Assembly: GCF_963921235.1 (NCBI RefSeq) | Contig: NC_086097.1 | Location: 149,484,001-149,548,000 of the forward strand | From: Mobula hypostoma | Lineage: Eukaryota | Direction of reading: 5' to 3' | DNA: 64,000 nt | In this document: piece by piece, positions 13,130 to 27,365 of the stretch | How the letters are laid out: each line of letters starts with the position of its first letter | How positions within the stretch are numbered: position 1 is the stretch's first letter | Notes under the pieces: model-generated | Told to the model about the DNA's origin: nothing | Databases searched by the model: none | What the model saw: only the letters and a program-made list of their open reading frames with translations | Position numbers and translations under genes: made by a program

Positions 13130-13790
13130 TATTGAGTAGATTGGGTGCATGTAGAAGTTGTATAGCATGCTTGTCCTTATCGGTTGAGAAGTTGAGTATG
13201 AAGGTCTGGGAGTTATGTTGAAACTGTACAGAACTTGGGTTAGGTTATACTTGGAGCACCGTGTGCAGTTCTGCTTCCTGGAAAAAAAGGAAGTTTGTGG
13301 AGTTTTAGAGAGGTGCACAAGAGGGTCGACATAATATTGCCTGGTTTGTAATGTATTACAGTAGTGAAAATGAAAGGTTAGACAAACAAGAATTGTTTTC
13401 TCTGAACTGTTGAAAGCTGAGAGGTGACCTGAGGGATTTGTATAAATTATAGAGGCATGGATAGAATAGATAGTCAGTCTTTTTTTTCTCTGAAATTTCA
13501 ACAATTAAGGTCCATGGATCTAAGTTGAGATGGGAAAGTTTAAAGGAAGGATAACAGGCAAGTTTTTCTTGGATAAAGAGTGATAGGCGTCTAGAATTCA
13601 CTGCCAGAGCAAGTGGTGGAAGTAGATATGATAACCATGTTTGAGTTATTTTAACAGGCAGATGAACAGGCAAAGAATGAAGGGGAACAGTGCAGGCAGA
13701 TGGGCTTAAGTAAGTTGGCATTGTGGTTAGCACAGTCACCATCGTTGAAATGCCTTTCCTGTGTTATATTGTTCTATGTTGCTCTTCTAT
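13130..13790 (+). mobile_element. CR1 3' fragment
   Basis: Degenerate CR1 C-terminal coding sequence and tail. Confidence 0.75.
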
Positions 13791-14507
13791 GAATATCTGC
13801 ATCGAAGATTCTCCGCTCCTTTGACAAGATTTCTATTTGTTTATTTTACCCTGCTCATTCTTAATGGTTTCATTTTCCCCTCTTGTTTCTGGTGAAGTGT
13901 TGAGTCCTGATGAAGGGTCTTCAACCTGAAATGTGAATTTTGTTCTCTATATTTCTTGCAGTTTAAAAAAAAATTAACCCCTATATCCCTCACCTGTCCA
14001 GACTGTATCACAGTTTTTTTTTGGACTTATCAGACCTGATGATAATTCTGACATGCAGGTACACAATTACAATTCTGATTTTTAACCTAATACTGTTTAA
14101 GCTCCCTAGGTGACACTGTCTGAAAATTTCAGGTGGGAAACTTCAAGAAGCAAAAATCCTTGCATTCAATGACCTCTCTGTTCGCCAGGCTCTCTGGAGG
14201 AAATGTAACTTGGATCCTGACATTTTTACCAAGTTGGATTGGGGAGGGGTGCACTCTGTAAGATGCAGCTTAATCTGCCATTAGGGTCTCATAAATGTCA
14301 TAATATATTAATTTATCTTGAATAACGAGGATCATGCAAATATCAAATGGGGGTCTCATTTACCCTTGAAGTGGGCTGACTCAGAAAAAGCGTGGTGAAT
14401 GGCGTACTTGCCTCATTGTAGAGCAGCGAAGAGCTTACATGGCTAGGTATGAAGTATTTTCTGCTCCATTGCTGAGTTTCCATATATTATACACCTGACT
14501 GTAACAG

Positions 14508-14678
14508 GTTTAACAGAATGTGAAACCAGTCCATTGAGCTTGCAGTGTGACATGCAAGGGCAATACGGAGCAGCACAGCAAGACATCAGTGAACAGAAAT
14601 CTTTCTGTGTCACCACAACTGGAGCGCGAATTGTCTGGACCGAGATCAATGGAACCCTCTCTGAGTCAGATTGTACTG
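14508..14678 (+). CDS. TG: Thyroglobulin exon 22 equivalent (last type-1 repeat)
   Basis: taacag|GT ... ACTG|gtgagt; 171 bp. Encodes CLTECETSPLSLQCDMQGQYGAAQQDISEQKSFCVTTTGARIVWTEINGTLSESDCT, with the QCD..GQY and FCV type-1 motifs. Confidence 0.95.
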
Positions 14679-14899
14679 GTGAGTGCATTTATTACATTGA
14701 ATTTCAATACCCTTTTGAGACGCTGCTATGAACTCTTACTTGTAGTTGTGCTTATCAAAAATACAGAGAACAAGAAAGCCCTTTCCAGCATCCATCACGG
14801 AATTTGTGAGTCAAGGCTTCTGTCTTTTCACTACCTTTATGGTCCTAATTAACTGTGAAGGCTCTCTGTTGCAATACATATAATTCCAGAAATGCCTCA

Positions 14900-17590
14900 C
14901 GATGGTGCGACTTGTGTCCTGAGTTGTGTATATTTCAATGCAAGTATTGTAGGAAAGGCAGATGAGCTTAGGGCATGGATCAACACTTGCAGTTATGATA
15001 TTGTAGCTATCAGTGAAACTTGGTTGCAGGAGGGGAAGGACTGGAAGAACAATATTCTGGGATTCCGTTGTTTTAGATGTGACAGAGTGGGAGGGATGGT
15101 ATTATTAGATGGAAAATGTCACGGCAGTGCTCAGTCAGAGCAGACTGGAGAGCTCATCGAGTGAGGCTTTATGGGTGAAACTGAGGAAATAGAAAGTTAT
15201 GACTATATTAATAGAGTATATTATAGACAACTCAACAGTCCATGGGATTCAGAGGAACAAATTTATAGAGAAATTGCAGACTGTTGCTAGAAACGTAAGA
15301 TTGTTTTAGACGATGATTTTGACTTTCTGCATATAGACAGCGACTCCCATACTGTAAAAAGTCTAGCTGGGATAGAGTTTCTCAAGTGTGTTCAGGAAAG
15401 TTTCCTTTATCAGTACATGGAAGTCCCAATGACAGTGTGTGTGATACTTGACCTGCTATTGGAGAATGAGACAGGGCAGATACAAAAGTTTGTGGAGGGG
15501 AACACTTTGTGTCTAGTGATCACAATGCCATTAGTTTCAAAATCAATATGGAAACGGATAGGACTGGTCCATGGGTTGAGATTCTAAATTGGAGAAAGGC
15601 CAATTTTGATGGTATCGGAAAAGATCTGGCAAGTGTAGATTTGGTCAGGCTGTTTTCTGGCAAAAGGGGTAAGTGGGAGACCTTTAAAAGTGAAATTTTG
15701 AGAGTACAAAGCTTGTATGTGCCTGTCAGAATAAAGGGTAAAGAGAACCTTGGTTTTCAAGAGATATTGAAGCCCTGGTTAAGGGAAAAAAAAAGGAGAT
15801 GCATAGCAGGTATAGGCAGGTAGGAGCAAATGAGGTACTTATGGAGTATAAGAAATGCAAGAGAACACTTAGAAAACAATCAGGAGGGTTAAAAGAAGGT
15901 GAAGGAGAATCCTATGGGATTCTACAGGCATGCTAAGAGCAAAAGGACTGCAAGGGACAAAATTGGTCCTCTGGAAAATCTATCCATGGAGCCAAAAGAG
16001 ATTGGGGGGATCTTAAATGGATTTTTTTCCCACCTGTATTTACTCAGGAAATGGACATAATCTATAGAAGTGAGGAAAAGTAGCAATGACTTCATGGACC
16101 CTATACAGGTTACAGGGAAGGAGGTGTCTGCTGTATTAAGGCATATTAGGGTGGATAAATCCCCAGGGTCTGACAAGGCGTTCCCTTGGACCCTATGTGA
16201 GGCAAGTGCAGAGATATTCAATCATCCTTGGCAGCAGGTGAGGTGAGGTATCAGAGGATCGGCGGATAGCTAATGTTATCCTGCTGTCTAAGAAAGAGTC
16301 TAAAAATAAGCCAGTAAATTATGACCAGTGAGCTGGTAGTGGGAACGTTATTGGAAGAGAGTCTAAAGGGCCAGATACATAAGTATTTGGATATTCAGGG
16401 ACTGATTATGGATAGTCAACATGGCTTTGTGCATGGTAGGTCACTTCTAAACAATCTTATAGAGTTTTTTAAGGAAGTTACCAGGAAAGTTGATGAAGGC
16501 AAGGTGGGGAATGTTGTCTACATGGACTTCAGTAAGGCATTTGACAAGGTCCTGCATGGGAGGTTGGTTAGGCAGGTTCAGTCCCCTGCTATTCAAGATG
16601 GGTTGGTAAATTGGATTAGACATTAGCTTTATTGGAGAACCCAGAGAGTGGTAGTAGATAGTTGCCTCTCTGAGTGCAGGTCTGTGACTAGTGGAGAACT
16701 GCAGAGATCAGTGCTGGTCCTTTGTTGTTTGTCATCTATATCAATGAATTGAATGATAATGCAGCTAAATGGATCAGCAAATTTTCAGGTGACATCAAAA
16801 TTGGGGGTGTAGTTGTTGGCGAGGAAGACTATCAGAGCTTGCAATGGGAAAATGAGCTGAACAGTGAGCAGTAGGGCACTGAAGAGTGTGTTAGCACAAA
16901 GGGATCTGAGAACACAGGTCCATATTTTGTTGAAAGTGGTGGCACAGGTAGATGGGGCCATAAAGACAGCTTTTAGCACGTTGGTCTTCATAAATCAAAA
17001 TACTGAGTATAGGACGTGGGATGTTATGTTGAAGTTGTTCAAGACATTGGTGAGGCCTAACTTAGGTGTTATGTGCAATTTTGGCTACCTTCCTACAGGA
17101 AAAATGTAAATAACATTGAAAGAGTACAAAGAAAAATTATAAGGATATCGCCAGGTCTGGAGGACCTGAGTTATAAGGAAAGATTGAATAGATTATGACT
17201 TTATTCCTTGGAATATAGAAGACTGAGGGGAGATTTGATAAAGGTATACAAAACTATATAGGGTATAGATAGGGTAAATACAAGTGGGCTTTTTCCACTG
17301 ATGCTAGGTGGGACTACAAATAGAGGTCATGGGTTAAGGTTGAAAGGAGAAAAGTTTAAGGGGAACATGAAGAGAAACTTCACTCAGTGTAGAATGAGCT
17401 GCCAGTGCAAGCTCAATTTTAAGATTTAAGAGAAGTTTGGATAGGTACATGGATGGTAGGGGTGTGGATGGCTATGGTCTGGGAGCAAGTCATTGGGACT
17501 AGGTAGCGTAAAAGGTTCGACTTGGACTAGATGGACTGAAGGGCCTGTTTCTGTGGTATACTTTTTTATTACTATGATTCTGAGACTCTA
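14900..17590 (+). mobile_element. Decayed CR1 LINE ORF2
   Basis: APE endonuclease motifs (YFNA.SI, DIVAISETWL, SSDH) and RT motifs (SQHGF, YMDFSKAFDKV). Confidence 0.9.
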
Positions 17591-17619
17591 TTTCCAGAAG
17601 TATAATTCAAATGTATAAT

Positions 17620-18145
17620 TATTTTAGATTTAGAGTTTTATTTCTTACTTCCATATCACAACAGGAGGAAGTAAAATTCTTAATGTTCCATCTCTGTCCT
17701 TATTACAAGCAATAAGGAAGTGAAATACGGGAAGATATTGCCCAAACACTAGGATTGTATGCATACATACATGTATAGAAACAATTACTGTATAGTCAAA
17801 TACAATGTAGAGTCAGATATGCAATCAGATCATTCTGTTTTGTTCAATCTGATGGCCTGATCAAAGAAGCTGTCCCAGAGCCTGTTGGTCCTGGCCTTAA
17901 TGCTGTGGTACCATTTGCCGGATGGAAACAGCTGAAATAGTTTGTGGTTGGAGTGGCTGGAGTCCCTGATGATCCTCCCAGCCCTTTTTACACACTTGCT
18001 GCTGTAAATGTCCTGAAAAGAAGAAAGCTCACATCCACAGATGCTCTGGGCTGTCTGCACCACTTTCTGCAGTGCCCTGCAACTGAGGGTAGTACAGTTC
18101 CCCTACCAGGTGGTGACACAGCCCGTCAGGATGCTCTTGATGCCC
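17620..18145 (-). mobile_element. Rex/Babar-like LINE 3' fragment
   Basis: ORF ...IIRDSSH.NHKLFQL.PSGK.Y.SIKARTNRL.DSFF.QAIRL matches the Rex1/Babar C-terminal motif. Confidence 0.8.
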
Positions 18146-19079
18146 TATCGAGAATTTTGCCGAATGATACTGAGGTAGTCCTCTCGAGGCTGAACTTTAC
18201 AGTTTCTATATTTTGCTTCGTAGTTAAAACAATATTTTTTAAGAAGTTGGTAGCAGGTAGGTCCTGGTGCTATCTTTGTTAAGCTAGACAAAAAAATTAT
18301 TCCCCTTATCAAATTGTTGGTTCAAGCAATCCAGTCGCAGCAGTTTTTGTGGCTGGAAACATGATAGATTTGATTCTGACTATTTTAGACCCTACTTGAC
18401 AAACTGCACCAGGAAATGAGCAATCAGGTAAAATGAGGTTTAGATCCTGATATAGTTTACTATGTACCTTGCAACATGCATTGAGTGCCCAATGTGAGGT
18501 CTGAGACCGTAGTGATAAGAAGAGCAATAAAACTTGGGTAAATATTTGGGAATGTCATCAGGTAGAAATAAACTACTAGATAAAGAAATATGAACAGAAA
18601 ACAATGAAAACACTCAGCAAGTCGGTCAATAATTCAGGTCCAAGGTTTTTCTTCTGAATTCAGATCTGAAACATATTTGCTTGAGACTGCATGATCTGAT
18701 GAGTATTTTCAGCAATTTTTGCTTTTATTTCAAGTTTCTACCATCTGTTGTTTTATTGATTGTCATTTATTATTATAGAAAGAGTCAGGAATTGTTTGTC
18801 TAATATTACAATGAGCAGAAAACTGATCAATTTTTTTACCTCTTAAATCTTCCTAAGATTTCCCCTATGGTCTGTATTCTGCTTCTCTGTATTCCTCTAT
18901 CAGGGATATTTTAAAAAACCAAGTTTTGCAAATGTGTCATTTGTCAATAACCTTTGTGGTGATTCCATTCAATATTTGTAACTTCAAATCACCAGAGTGT
19001 GTCAGATGCCTATATTAATGAGTAATAATTTTTCATTTAAGAGTTCTAGAATTACTTTCCTTTCTCTTCCTATTTGCAG

Positions 19080-19202
19080 TCTTCCGACAGTTTGACAGCA
19101 TTGATCAATCCCAGCTCATTCTGAACTCTGAAAACACGGAAATAATTAAGGTTTTAACAGCTCAGTCTAATCGCCAGAGGCACCTTCTAGATTGTCTCTC
19201 AG
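19080..19202 (+). CDS. TG: Thyroglobulin exon 23 equivalent
   Basis: Polypyrimidine tract plus tttgcag| ... TCAG|gtcagt; 123 bp. Encodes VFRQFDSIDQSQLILNSENTEIIKVLTAQSNRQRHLLDCLS and keeps frame between its neighbours; weaker similarity to human ...QKFEKVPESKVIF...MQCLT. Confidence 0.85.
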
Positions 19203-20710
19203 GTCAGTTAATGTCGATATTCCTCTGATAATATTACCATTGCCAAAGTCAAATGGCTCCAAGGGAGCTCTTCAGAGCAGCAGACTCTTATCTGAAGTTA
19301 ATCTTCATCTGCTAAATCAATGACTTTTCATCATAATGTTAGACATGGTGACCTTGCTGATGTTTGCTCTATATTCAATCCATTTGTAGTTTCTCAGAAA
19401 ATCAAGCAACCGATTCCTGTCTGTACAAAACCTAAGCAACATTTGCGCTATGAAGTGGCAAGTTATACCTGTGCCACATAAGTACCAGGGTATGTCTATC
19501 TCTACCAAGAAAGAGTATAAACGCCTGCCCTTGATATTCCATGGCATTGCAACTGTCGAATTGTCATCACTTATACCCTGTGGGTACTATTGATCAGAAA
19601 CTCAATTAGATCAGCCAGATAGCTGATGATGTTGCAAGAGGTCAGAGGTCATTCAGTGACCTTTACCCTTCCAGACATCCAAAAGCCTTTCACCATCTGC
19701 AGGATACTAGTTAGGAGTGTGGTAGGAATACCGTTTACTTTCTAGAGTAAGCACAGCTTGAACCTTGAACCACTCTCAAGAAGCTTGGCACAAAGCAGAT
19801 AAGGCTACTTGAAATCACTCTCAGCATTCATACCTTCCACCACAGTAGCAATGAGCATCATCCAAAAAGTGCATTGCAGTTACTAACACAGACCATTTCA
19901 CACCACCTCCCAAACCTGTGACTTAGCTACCAAAAAAAGGCAGAGATAGCAGATGCATGAGAAATCACCAATTAGTTTCCAACTGAAGTCAGCCACCATC
20001 TTGATCAAATAGATTACATAAATAAAATTATTACTAAGGCGTTGCTGACTCCGTAAAACATTGCACTGAGTGAAGTCAAAAGACCTCCATTATCTTCTGA
20101 GTACCACAACAATGGGTAAAAATCATCTCCTTGCAAGAGTAGTCCACATTTTAAGAATATTCTTTTTTATACATTCGGAGAGAATTTATTGGTTGAGGGT
20201 CTCTTTCATCAGGATTGATTAAATCTGCTCTTTATTACACTAATCCAGTTATAGTTCAACTATAATTTGGAAATATTCCTCCCCACCCCCTCAGGACAAA
20301 ACTAATGCGGATAATATTTTTGAAATGAGAATTAAGTTGCTAACTTGCTGTAGCAGATTGAAAAGTTGATTTTTTTTTAGAAACAAATCTGGAAATTGGA
20401 TTATATTATTGCTATTAATGTGTTAATAAAAGCAACAATGATATTATGAATTGTAAAAAGCAATTACTTCACTTGTATTCTTGAGGAAAGGCAACCCATT
20501 GTCTTTATTCACTCCAACGTGCCTTTACTTGTGCTTCTGATAATGCAGAAGGAGGCTACTTGTCCAATATTATTAGTTCCATTGCCCCTCTCTCTATTTA
20601 TCCGCTCCAATGAAACACACTTTTTTTTTCTTATCTGCTCATCAATTCCCCTGTGATTTTTTTTTCATTAACCAAACAAGGAGGTTATTATTAAAAGTAA
20701 GTTAATACTA

Positions 20711-23700
20711 ATTAGGATAATTGGGCGGGGGGAGTCACTTCCGTTCTTTTTACTTCCAGTGTGCTTTGTTATATAATGTTCGGGTTGTGAAAGCCTCTGT
20801 ATATACATATCGGTTTTGACATTTGAGATAAAGTTGTTTCTTTGGGCATGAAGTTGTTGATTGTGCCTTTTTCAAAGTAGAAGTTACCACATATTTTTGG
20901 CAATGAGGTGAACTGGTTTCGTGGACGTGTCAGCACGTTTCGAACGGGAGCAGCAGCACCAATAAGGAGCCTCACGCTCAGATAGCTATGTTTAGGACTA
21001 TCGTTGAATTTGTGGAGGTAACGGAGGACTGGCCGGAGTATGAGGAAAGGTTGGGACACTTTTTTTCTGTGCTATAAAATTAATGAGGAAGCTAAGAAGC
21101 GCTCTATTCCTGAGTGTGTGTGGGGCAAAGTCTTACAAGCTAATAAGGAATTTAGCCACACCGTGGAAACCGGGGGACATTCCATATGATGAATTGGTCA
21201 AGCTCGTGGGGACCCACTACAATCCGAAACCTTCTGTGATAGTCCAATGGTGTAAGTTTCATAGCTATTTCAGGAAGCCAGGTCAGTCTGTGGCCAATTT
21301 TGTGGCCGAGCTTCAGCAGCTGTCGGAGTATTGTGATTTTGGAGCGGTGTTGGATAACATGCTCTGTAATACATTGGTATGTGGCATTGATAATGACGGC
21401 ATACAACGCCACCTGTTAGGGGAAACCCCACCATTGACTTTCAAGAAAGCCTTAGAGATTGCCCAAGGCATAGAGATGGCTTCTAATAATGTCAAGGATA
21501 TCCAGAAAAGACATGGGGGGTCACGGTCAGCGGCAGTGCACCAAGTCAGGAGGGAGACTGGTAAACAGGCAAAGCGGGCAGAATGTTTCCAGTGTGGAGG
21601 GACGCACTATGCAAATGATTGCAAATTCAAAGACACTGTCTGTATGCTAGTAGCAAAAAGGGACATTTAGCTAAAAAGTGCAAAAGTTCAAAGGGTAAGA
21701 TTAAGCCTGGGCAGGGGAAAGCTCTCAGGCAGCCACACACCATCTAGAAAATGCAGATGAAGAGGCAGCCTGTGCCTACAATGTGTTTGCAGTGGAAACA
21801 GATGAGGAACCACCTGAACCATATTATGCCACAGTCACTGTCAGGGGAAAGGACATTAAGTTTGAGATTGATTCAGGGGCTACTGCATCGGTCATTAGTG
21901 AGGAGACCTTCAGGAGGACATGGGTATCCATCCTGCCTCCCATCAGACCATCAAAGCTCAAACTTAGGATGTATATGGGGCAGCCCATACCTCACTTAGG
22001 GGTGTTGTATGTGGACATTTCAGCCGGGGGTCAGAAGGCTGAAGCTAGGCTAGTGATAGCTAAGGGTAGGGGGCCCAGTCTTTTGGGTCATGATTGGCTT
22101 CGTAAATTCTGGCTAAACTGGCATGAAATTAAGTCTGCACACACGATGGAGGACATTCTGCAGTGGTACAGTGACGTTTTCAGGGATGAGCTAGGAACAC
22201 TGAAGGGCGTGACAGTGAAACTCCATGTCGACCCTGAGGCTACACCATTTTTTTTTAAGCCCAGGTCGGTGCCCTATGCCATGAAGGGCAAAGTCGAGGA
22301 GGAGCTGGAACGTTTACAGAGGCTGGGCATTATTGAGCCCATCCAGTTTTCAAGGTGGGTGGCTCCCATTGTTACAGTTTTGAAGGCAGACAAAATGGTG
22401 AGGATACGTGGGGATTATAAGCTTACGGTGAATCAGGTCTCTAGGCTGGAGGAGTACCCATTGCCTCGGGTGGATGACCTGTTTGCGACCCTGTCAGGGG
22501 GTAAGCTGTTCACAAAGCTGGACATGAGCCACACCTACCAACAGCTGCTGCTCGATGAGGATTCAAAGGAGTACGTCACAATTAATATGCACAAAGGATT
22601 ATTCAAGTAAAATCGCCTGGTGTTTGGAGTGGCTTCCAGCCCTGCCATTTTCCAAAGGACAATGGACACTTTGCTACAGGAGATTCCACACGGAGCAGTG
22701 TACCTTGATGATATTTTGATCACGAGGGCTACTGAGGTGGAGCATCTGGCTAATTTAGAACGGGTGCTGAAGAGGCTCTCAGACACAGGGCTGCAGTTGA
22801 AACGCAGAAAATGTGTGTTCCTGGTATCAAGTGTGACTTACCTGGGACACAAGATCACAGCTGAGGGGCTTTGCCCTATGGAGAATAAAATAAGAGCTAT
22901 TAAGGAGGCCCCAAGCCCTAAGACTGAAACGGAACTCAGATCATTTTTGGACATGGTGAGTTTTTATTGCAAGTTTCTTCCTGACTTCTCAAGGGTTTTG
23001 ACCCCACTGTATAAGCTGCTTCACAATGACACTAAGTGGCAGTTGGGGTGAAGATCAGGAGAAAGCTTTCAAGGAAGTGAAAGAACTCCTCCACTCAGCA
23101 AAGCTGCTTGTTCACTATGACCCAGACAGGGAGATCACCCTTGCATGCGATGCCTCGCCCTATGGAGTCGGGGCAGTTCTCTCACATGTAATGGAGGACC
23201 GTTCAGAGAAGGCTATTGGTTTTGCCTCACGTACCCTGACAGCTGCTGAGAAGGGATATTCACAATTAGACAAAGAAAGTCTGGCCATTGTTTTTGCGGT
23301 CAAACACTTTCAACAGCACCTTTATGGACGCGTATTTACAATTTATACAGACCATAAACCACTGATGAGCCTGTTCAGTGAGACTAGATGCATCCCACTG
23401 CTAGCCTCAGCCAGGATACTGTGTTATGCTCTTACCTTGTCAGCTACCAGTACGCTATAGTGTACAGAGCGGGTGGGGATATGCAAACGCTGATGCACTG
23501 AGTCGGCTACCTTTACCTGAGACACCTGTTACTACATATGTGCCTCCAGAGACTGTGTTTTCATTGGAGAGGCTGTCAGACACCTGTAAAGGCGACCCAG
23601 ATCAAGCAGTGGGCAGAGAGGGACCCAGTCCTGTCCCAAGTCAAGACTTCTCTTTTACAAGGTTGGCCCAGAGTCGTGGAAGGAGAGGCCTTATGCCAAA

Positions 23701-24950
23701 CGCAAGACAGAACTCAGTCTGCAGGATGGCTGCATTTTCTGAGGGGCGGGGGCGAGGGTCATCGTGCCTCCCCCTGGCCATTCACAGATTGTGGAGGAAA
23801 TTCATGAGACTCACCCAGGGTGTCTCGAATGAAAAGCCTTGCGAGATCCTACGTTTGGTTGTCAAGAATGGATCAGGATCTGGAGAACAAGGTAAAATCA
23901 TGCACGCAATGTCAGACTAATCAGAATATGCCACCACCAGCTCCTTTACACCCATGGGAGTGGCCAGACCACCCCGGTCTAGGCTACATTTGGACTTTGC
24001 TGGCCCTTTTATGGGGCAGAAGTTTCTTGTAATGGTAGAATTGCATTCTAAATGGATTGAAGCTCACATCATGAGCAACATCACAGCCCCCTCAACCATA
24101 GACAAACTCAGGCAAGTGTTTGCAGTCCACGGGTTGCCTGACACTCTGGTCACTGATAACAGCCTGACGTTCACCAGTGAGCTGTTCAGTGAGTTCATGC
24201 AGCAGAATGGCATTCATCACATTCGGACGGCCCCTTTCCACCCAGCCTCCAACGGTTTGGCTGAGCGGGCTGTTCAGACAGTGAAGGAAGGCCTGAAGTG
24301 GATGACAGGGGACTCTCTTAGCATTCGGCTTTCACGTTTCTTGTTTAAATACCTCCTCACGCCACAGACTACGACAGCCTGCACTTCAGCAGAGATGCTG
24401 ATGGGGCATAGGCCCAAGTCAAGATTGGACCTGCTGTGCCGGGATATGAAAGCAAAAGTGGAGAGAAAGCAGGAAAAGCAGAAGGAGGGACATGATCAAC
24501 ATGCGTGAGAGTAACAGTTAAAACTGGATTACAACGTCTATGTGAGAAACAATCAGCAATGACTGCCTGGGGTTATTCTTAAACAGAGTGGTCCCATCTC
24601 CTATGTTGTTAAGCTGACTGATGGGAGTGTTTTCCGCAGACATCAGGACCATGTGCACCTGCGCCATGATACCGGCTCAGAGGCAGACAGTTCCATGGAG
24701 TTTCCATTTGTGAGACAGACTACGGTGGAAGCATGTCCACCGGTGACTTTGCCAGAGTGCAAGACGCTGTCAGAGGGGTCGGGGTCCCCTGAGGAGGATG
24801 GACATTCTCACGCAGACACACAGCCCCCCCTCGTTCCCCCAAAACCAGATCTACCGATAAAACCCTCACCAGTGGTGCCTGCTAGGTCACCGGGGGTAGT
24901 GCGCAGATCACAGCTCACTCGTAAACCTCCTGACAGACTGAATCTTTGAC
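20711..24950 (+). mobile_element. Decayed Ty3/Gypsy LTR retrotransposon (Mag-like): gag-PR-RT-RH-IN
   Basis: Gag zinc knuckle CFQCGGTHYANDC, protease FEIDSGA, RT YLDD, RNase H CDASPYG.GAVL, integrase HLDFAGP/VTDN/SNGLAER and C-terminal RRS..TRKPPDRL; several frameshifts and stops. LTR-like end ACCACA at about 20891 followed by PBS-like TGGCAATGAGG at 20898-20908. Confidence 0.93.
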
Positions 24951-25499
24951 AGGACAGTTTTTTGTTGTTGTTAGATTGAATGTTGAATCTGTCATGTTGT
25001 TGTTTGAAGTCAGGGTTGAATCTGGACCCCTGGAGCTGTGAGACAGCAGTACTAACTGCCGCACCTCTATGAATATATCACCCCACTAAGACAAAAGCAG
25101 AGATTGATTCAGAGCAGCCTCCCATCCATTCTGTACCGTGAATTCCAGTCATAAACGCTCAAATATTATCTTGCCCTGATATCTTGGGAGGGAGGGACAT
25201 AAGTGAAGAGTTTGCCAATGAATCTTTTGGATATTTTGTAGGAACTTTAGAGATACAAGCTAATACAGAGAGGAGGAAATATCATCAATCTATATCACTT
25301 ACCAGTGATGATGCCTGATGTGTTGAATGCTGCTAACATTTTTTTATTTTTGATTTTCAATATTTACAGTAATTTACTTCTATGGAGAAAATAAAATTGA
25401 AACAATGTGCAGGACTGAAGCTAGAAAGAGGATGGTTAAATGTCAGCTTCCTATTGCAAAAAAAATTATGAATAGATATTGCTAAAAACACGCTACACC

Positions 25500-27365
25500 T
25501 AACGCATATTGCATTTGAAAAAACAAAAGTTTTTATAAATATATAAAGCGGAGGAGGGTGGCTACAGTCAACGTGAGTCCCTGGGAAGATGATAAGGCAA
25601 AATTGATATTGGGTGATAAGGAAATGGAGGAGGCATTGAACTTCTATTTTGTGTCGGTCTTCACGGTGGAGGACAAGTCTAACAGGCCAAAGAAGGATGT
25701 TATGGACGAAATGGGAGGTGAGGACCTCGATTAAAATCACTGTCACTAAAGAGACAGTGATGAGCAAACTTGAGGGCCTGAAGGTAGATAAACCCCCTGG
25801 TACTGATGGGGTGCATACCAGGGTGCTGAAGGAATTGGCGGAGGTTATAGTAGATGTGTTGGTAATCATTTATCAAAACTCTCTAGACTCTGGGCAAGTC
25901 CTGGCGGATAGGAAGACAGCAAACGTCACGCCACTTTATATTATAAAAAAAAATGTAGGCAAAAGATAGACAACTATAAACATCTGTAGTCAGGAAAATG
26001 CTTGAAGCTATCATTAAGGAAGAAATAGCAAAACATTTAGAAAGGAGTGGTTCCATTAGACAGATGCAGCATAGATTCAGAAAGGGCAGGTCCTATTTCA
26101 CAAACTTACTGGAATTCTTCGAGGACATAATGAGTGCAGTGGATAGAGGGCAGCAGGTGGATGTCATATACTTGGATCTCCAGAAGACGTTTGATAAGGT
26201 ACCGCACAAGAGATTTGTAAATAAGATACGGATGCATGGATTTGGAGGAAGTGTATTGGCATGGATAGTGGGTTGGTTAACCAATAGAAGGCAGAGAGTT
26301 GGTATAAATGGGTGTTTCTCCGGTTGGCAGTCTGTGGTGAGTGGGGTGCAGCAGGGGTCAATGCTGGGCCCGCAGCTGTTTACCATTTACATTGATGATT
26401 TGGAAGAGGGGACTGAGTGTAGTGTAGTAAAATTTGCTGATGACACTAAACTGAGTGGAAAAGCAAATTGTACAGAGGATGTGGAGAGTCTGCAGAGGGA
26501 TATAGATAGGTTAAGTGAGTAGGCCAAGGTCTGGCAGATGGAATACAACGTTGGTAAATGCGAGATCATCCACTTTGGAAGGAATAATAGAAGAGCAGAT
26601 TATTATTTAATTGGTGAAGGATTGAAGAATGCTGTTGTGCAGAGGGACTTGGGAGTGCTTGTGCATGAATTGCAAAAAGTTGGCTTGCAGGTACAACAGG
26701 TTATTGAGAAGGCATACGGAATGTTGGCCTTCACTGCTAGAGGGACTGAATTCTAGAGCAGGGAGGTCATGCTGCAACTATACAGGGTACTGGTGAGGCC
26801 GCACCTGGAGTACTGTGTGCAGTTCTGGTCTCCATACTTGAGGAAGGATATACTGGCTTTGGAGGCAGTGCAGAGGAGGTTCACCAGATTGATTCCAGAG
26901 ATGAAGGGATTAACCTATGAGGAGTGATTGAGTCACCTGGAACTATACTCTCTTGAGTTCAGAAGAATGAGAGGGGATGTTATAGAAACATACGAAGTTT
27001 TGAAAGGGATAGATAAGATAGAAGTTGGAAAGTTGTTTCCGTTGGTAGGTGAGACTAGAACTAGGGGACATTGTCTCAAGATTCAGGGGAGAAGATTTAG
27101 GATGGAGACGAGGAGGAACCGTTTTTCCCCAGAGAGAGGTGAATCTGTGGAATTCTCTGCCCAGGGAAGCAGTTGAGGCTTCTTCACTAACTATATTTAA
27201 GAGATAGTTAGATAGGATTTTACAGAGTAAGGGAGTTAAGGGTTATGGGGCAGGTGGATGGAGCTGAGTTTATGGACAGATCAGCCGTGATCTTATTGAA
27301 TGGCGGGGCAGACTCGATGGGCCGGATGGCCTACTCCAGCTCTTATTTCTTATGTTCTTATGAAA
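25500..27365 (+). mobile_element. CR1 LINE, 5'-truncated
   Basis: RT motifs YLDLQKTFDKVPH, GSMLGPQLFTIYIDD, KFADDTKL, plus 3' tail. Confidence 0.92.

Noticed and set aside
21083..24508. Domesticated Gypsy-derived host gene
   Set aside because: Gag, RT, RNase H and integrase are all broken by stops or frameshifts; it is a decayed element.
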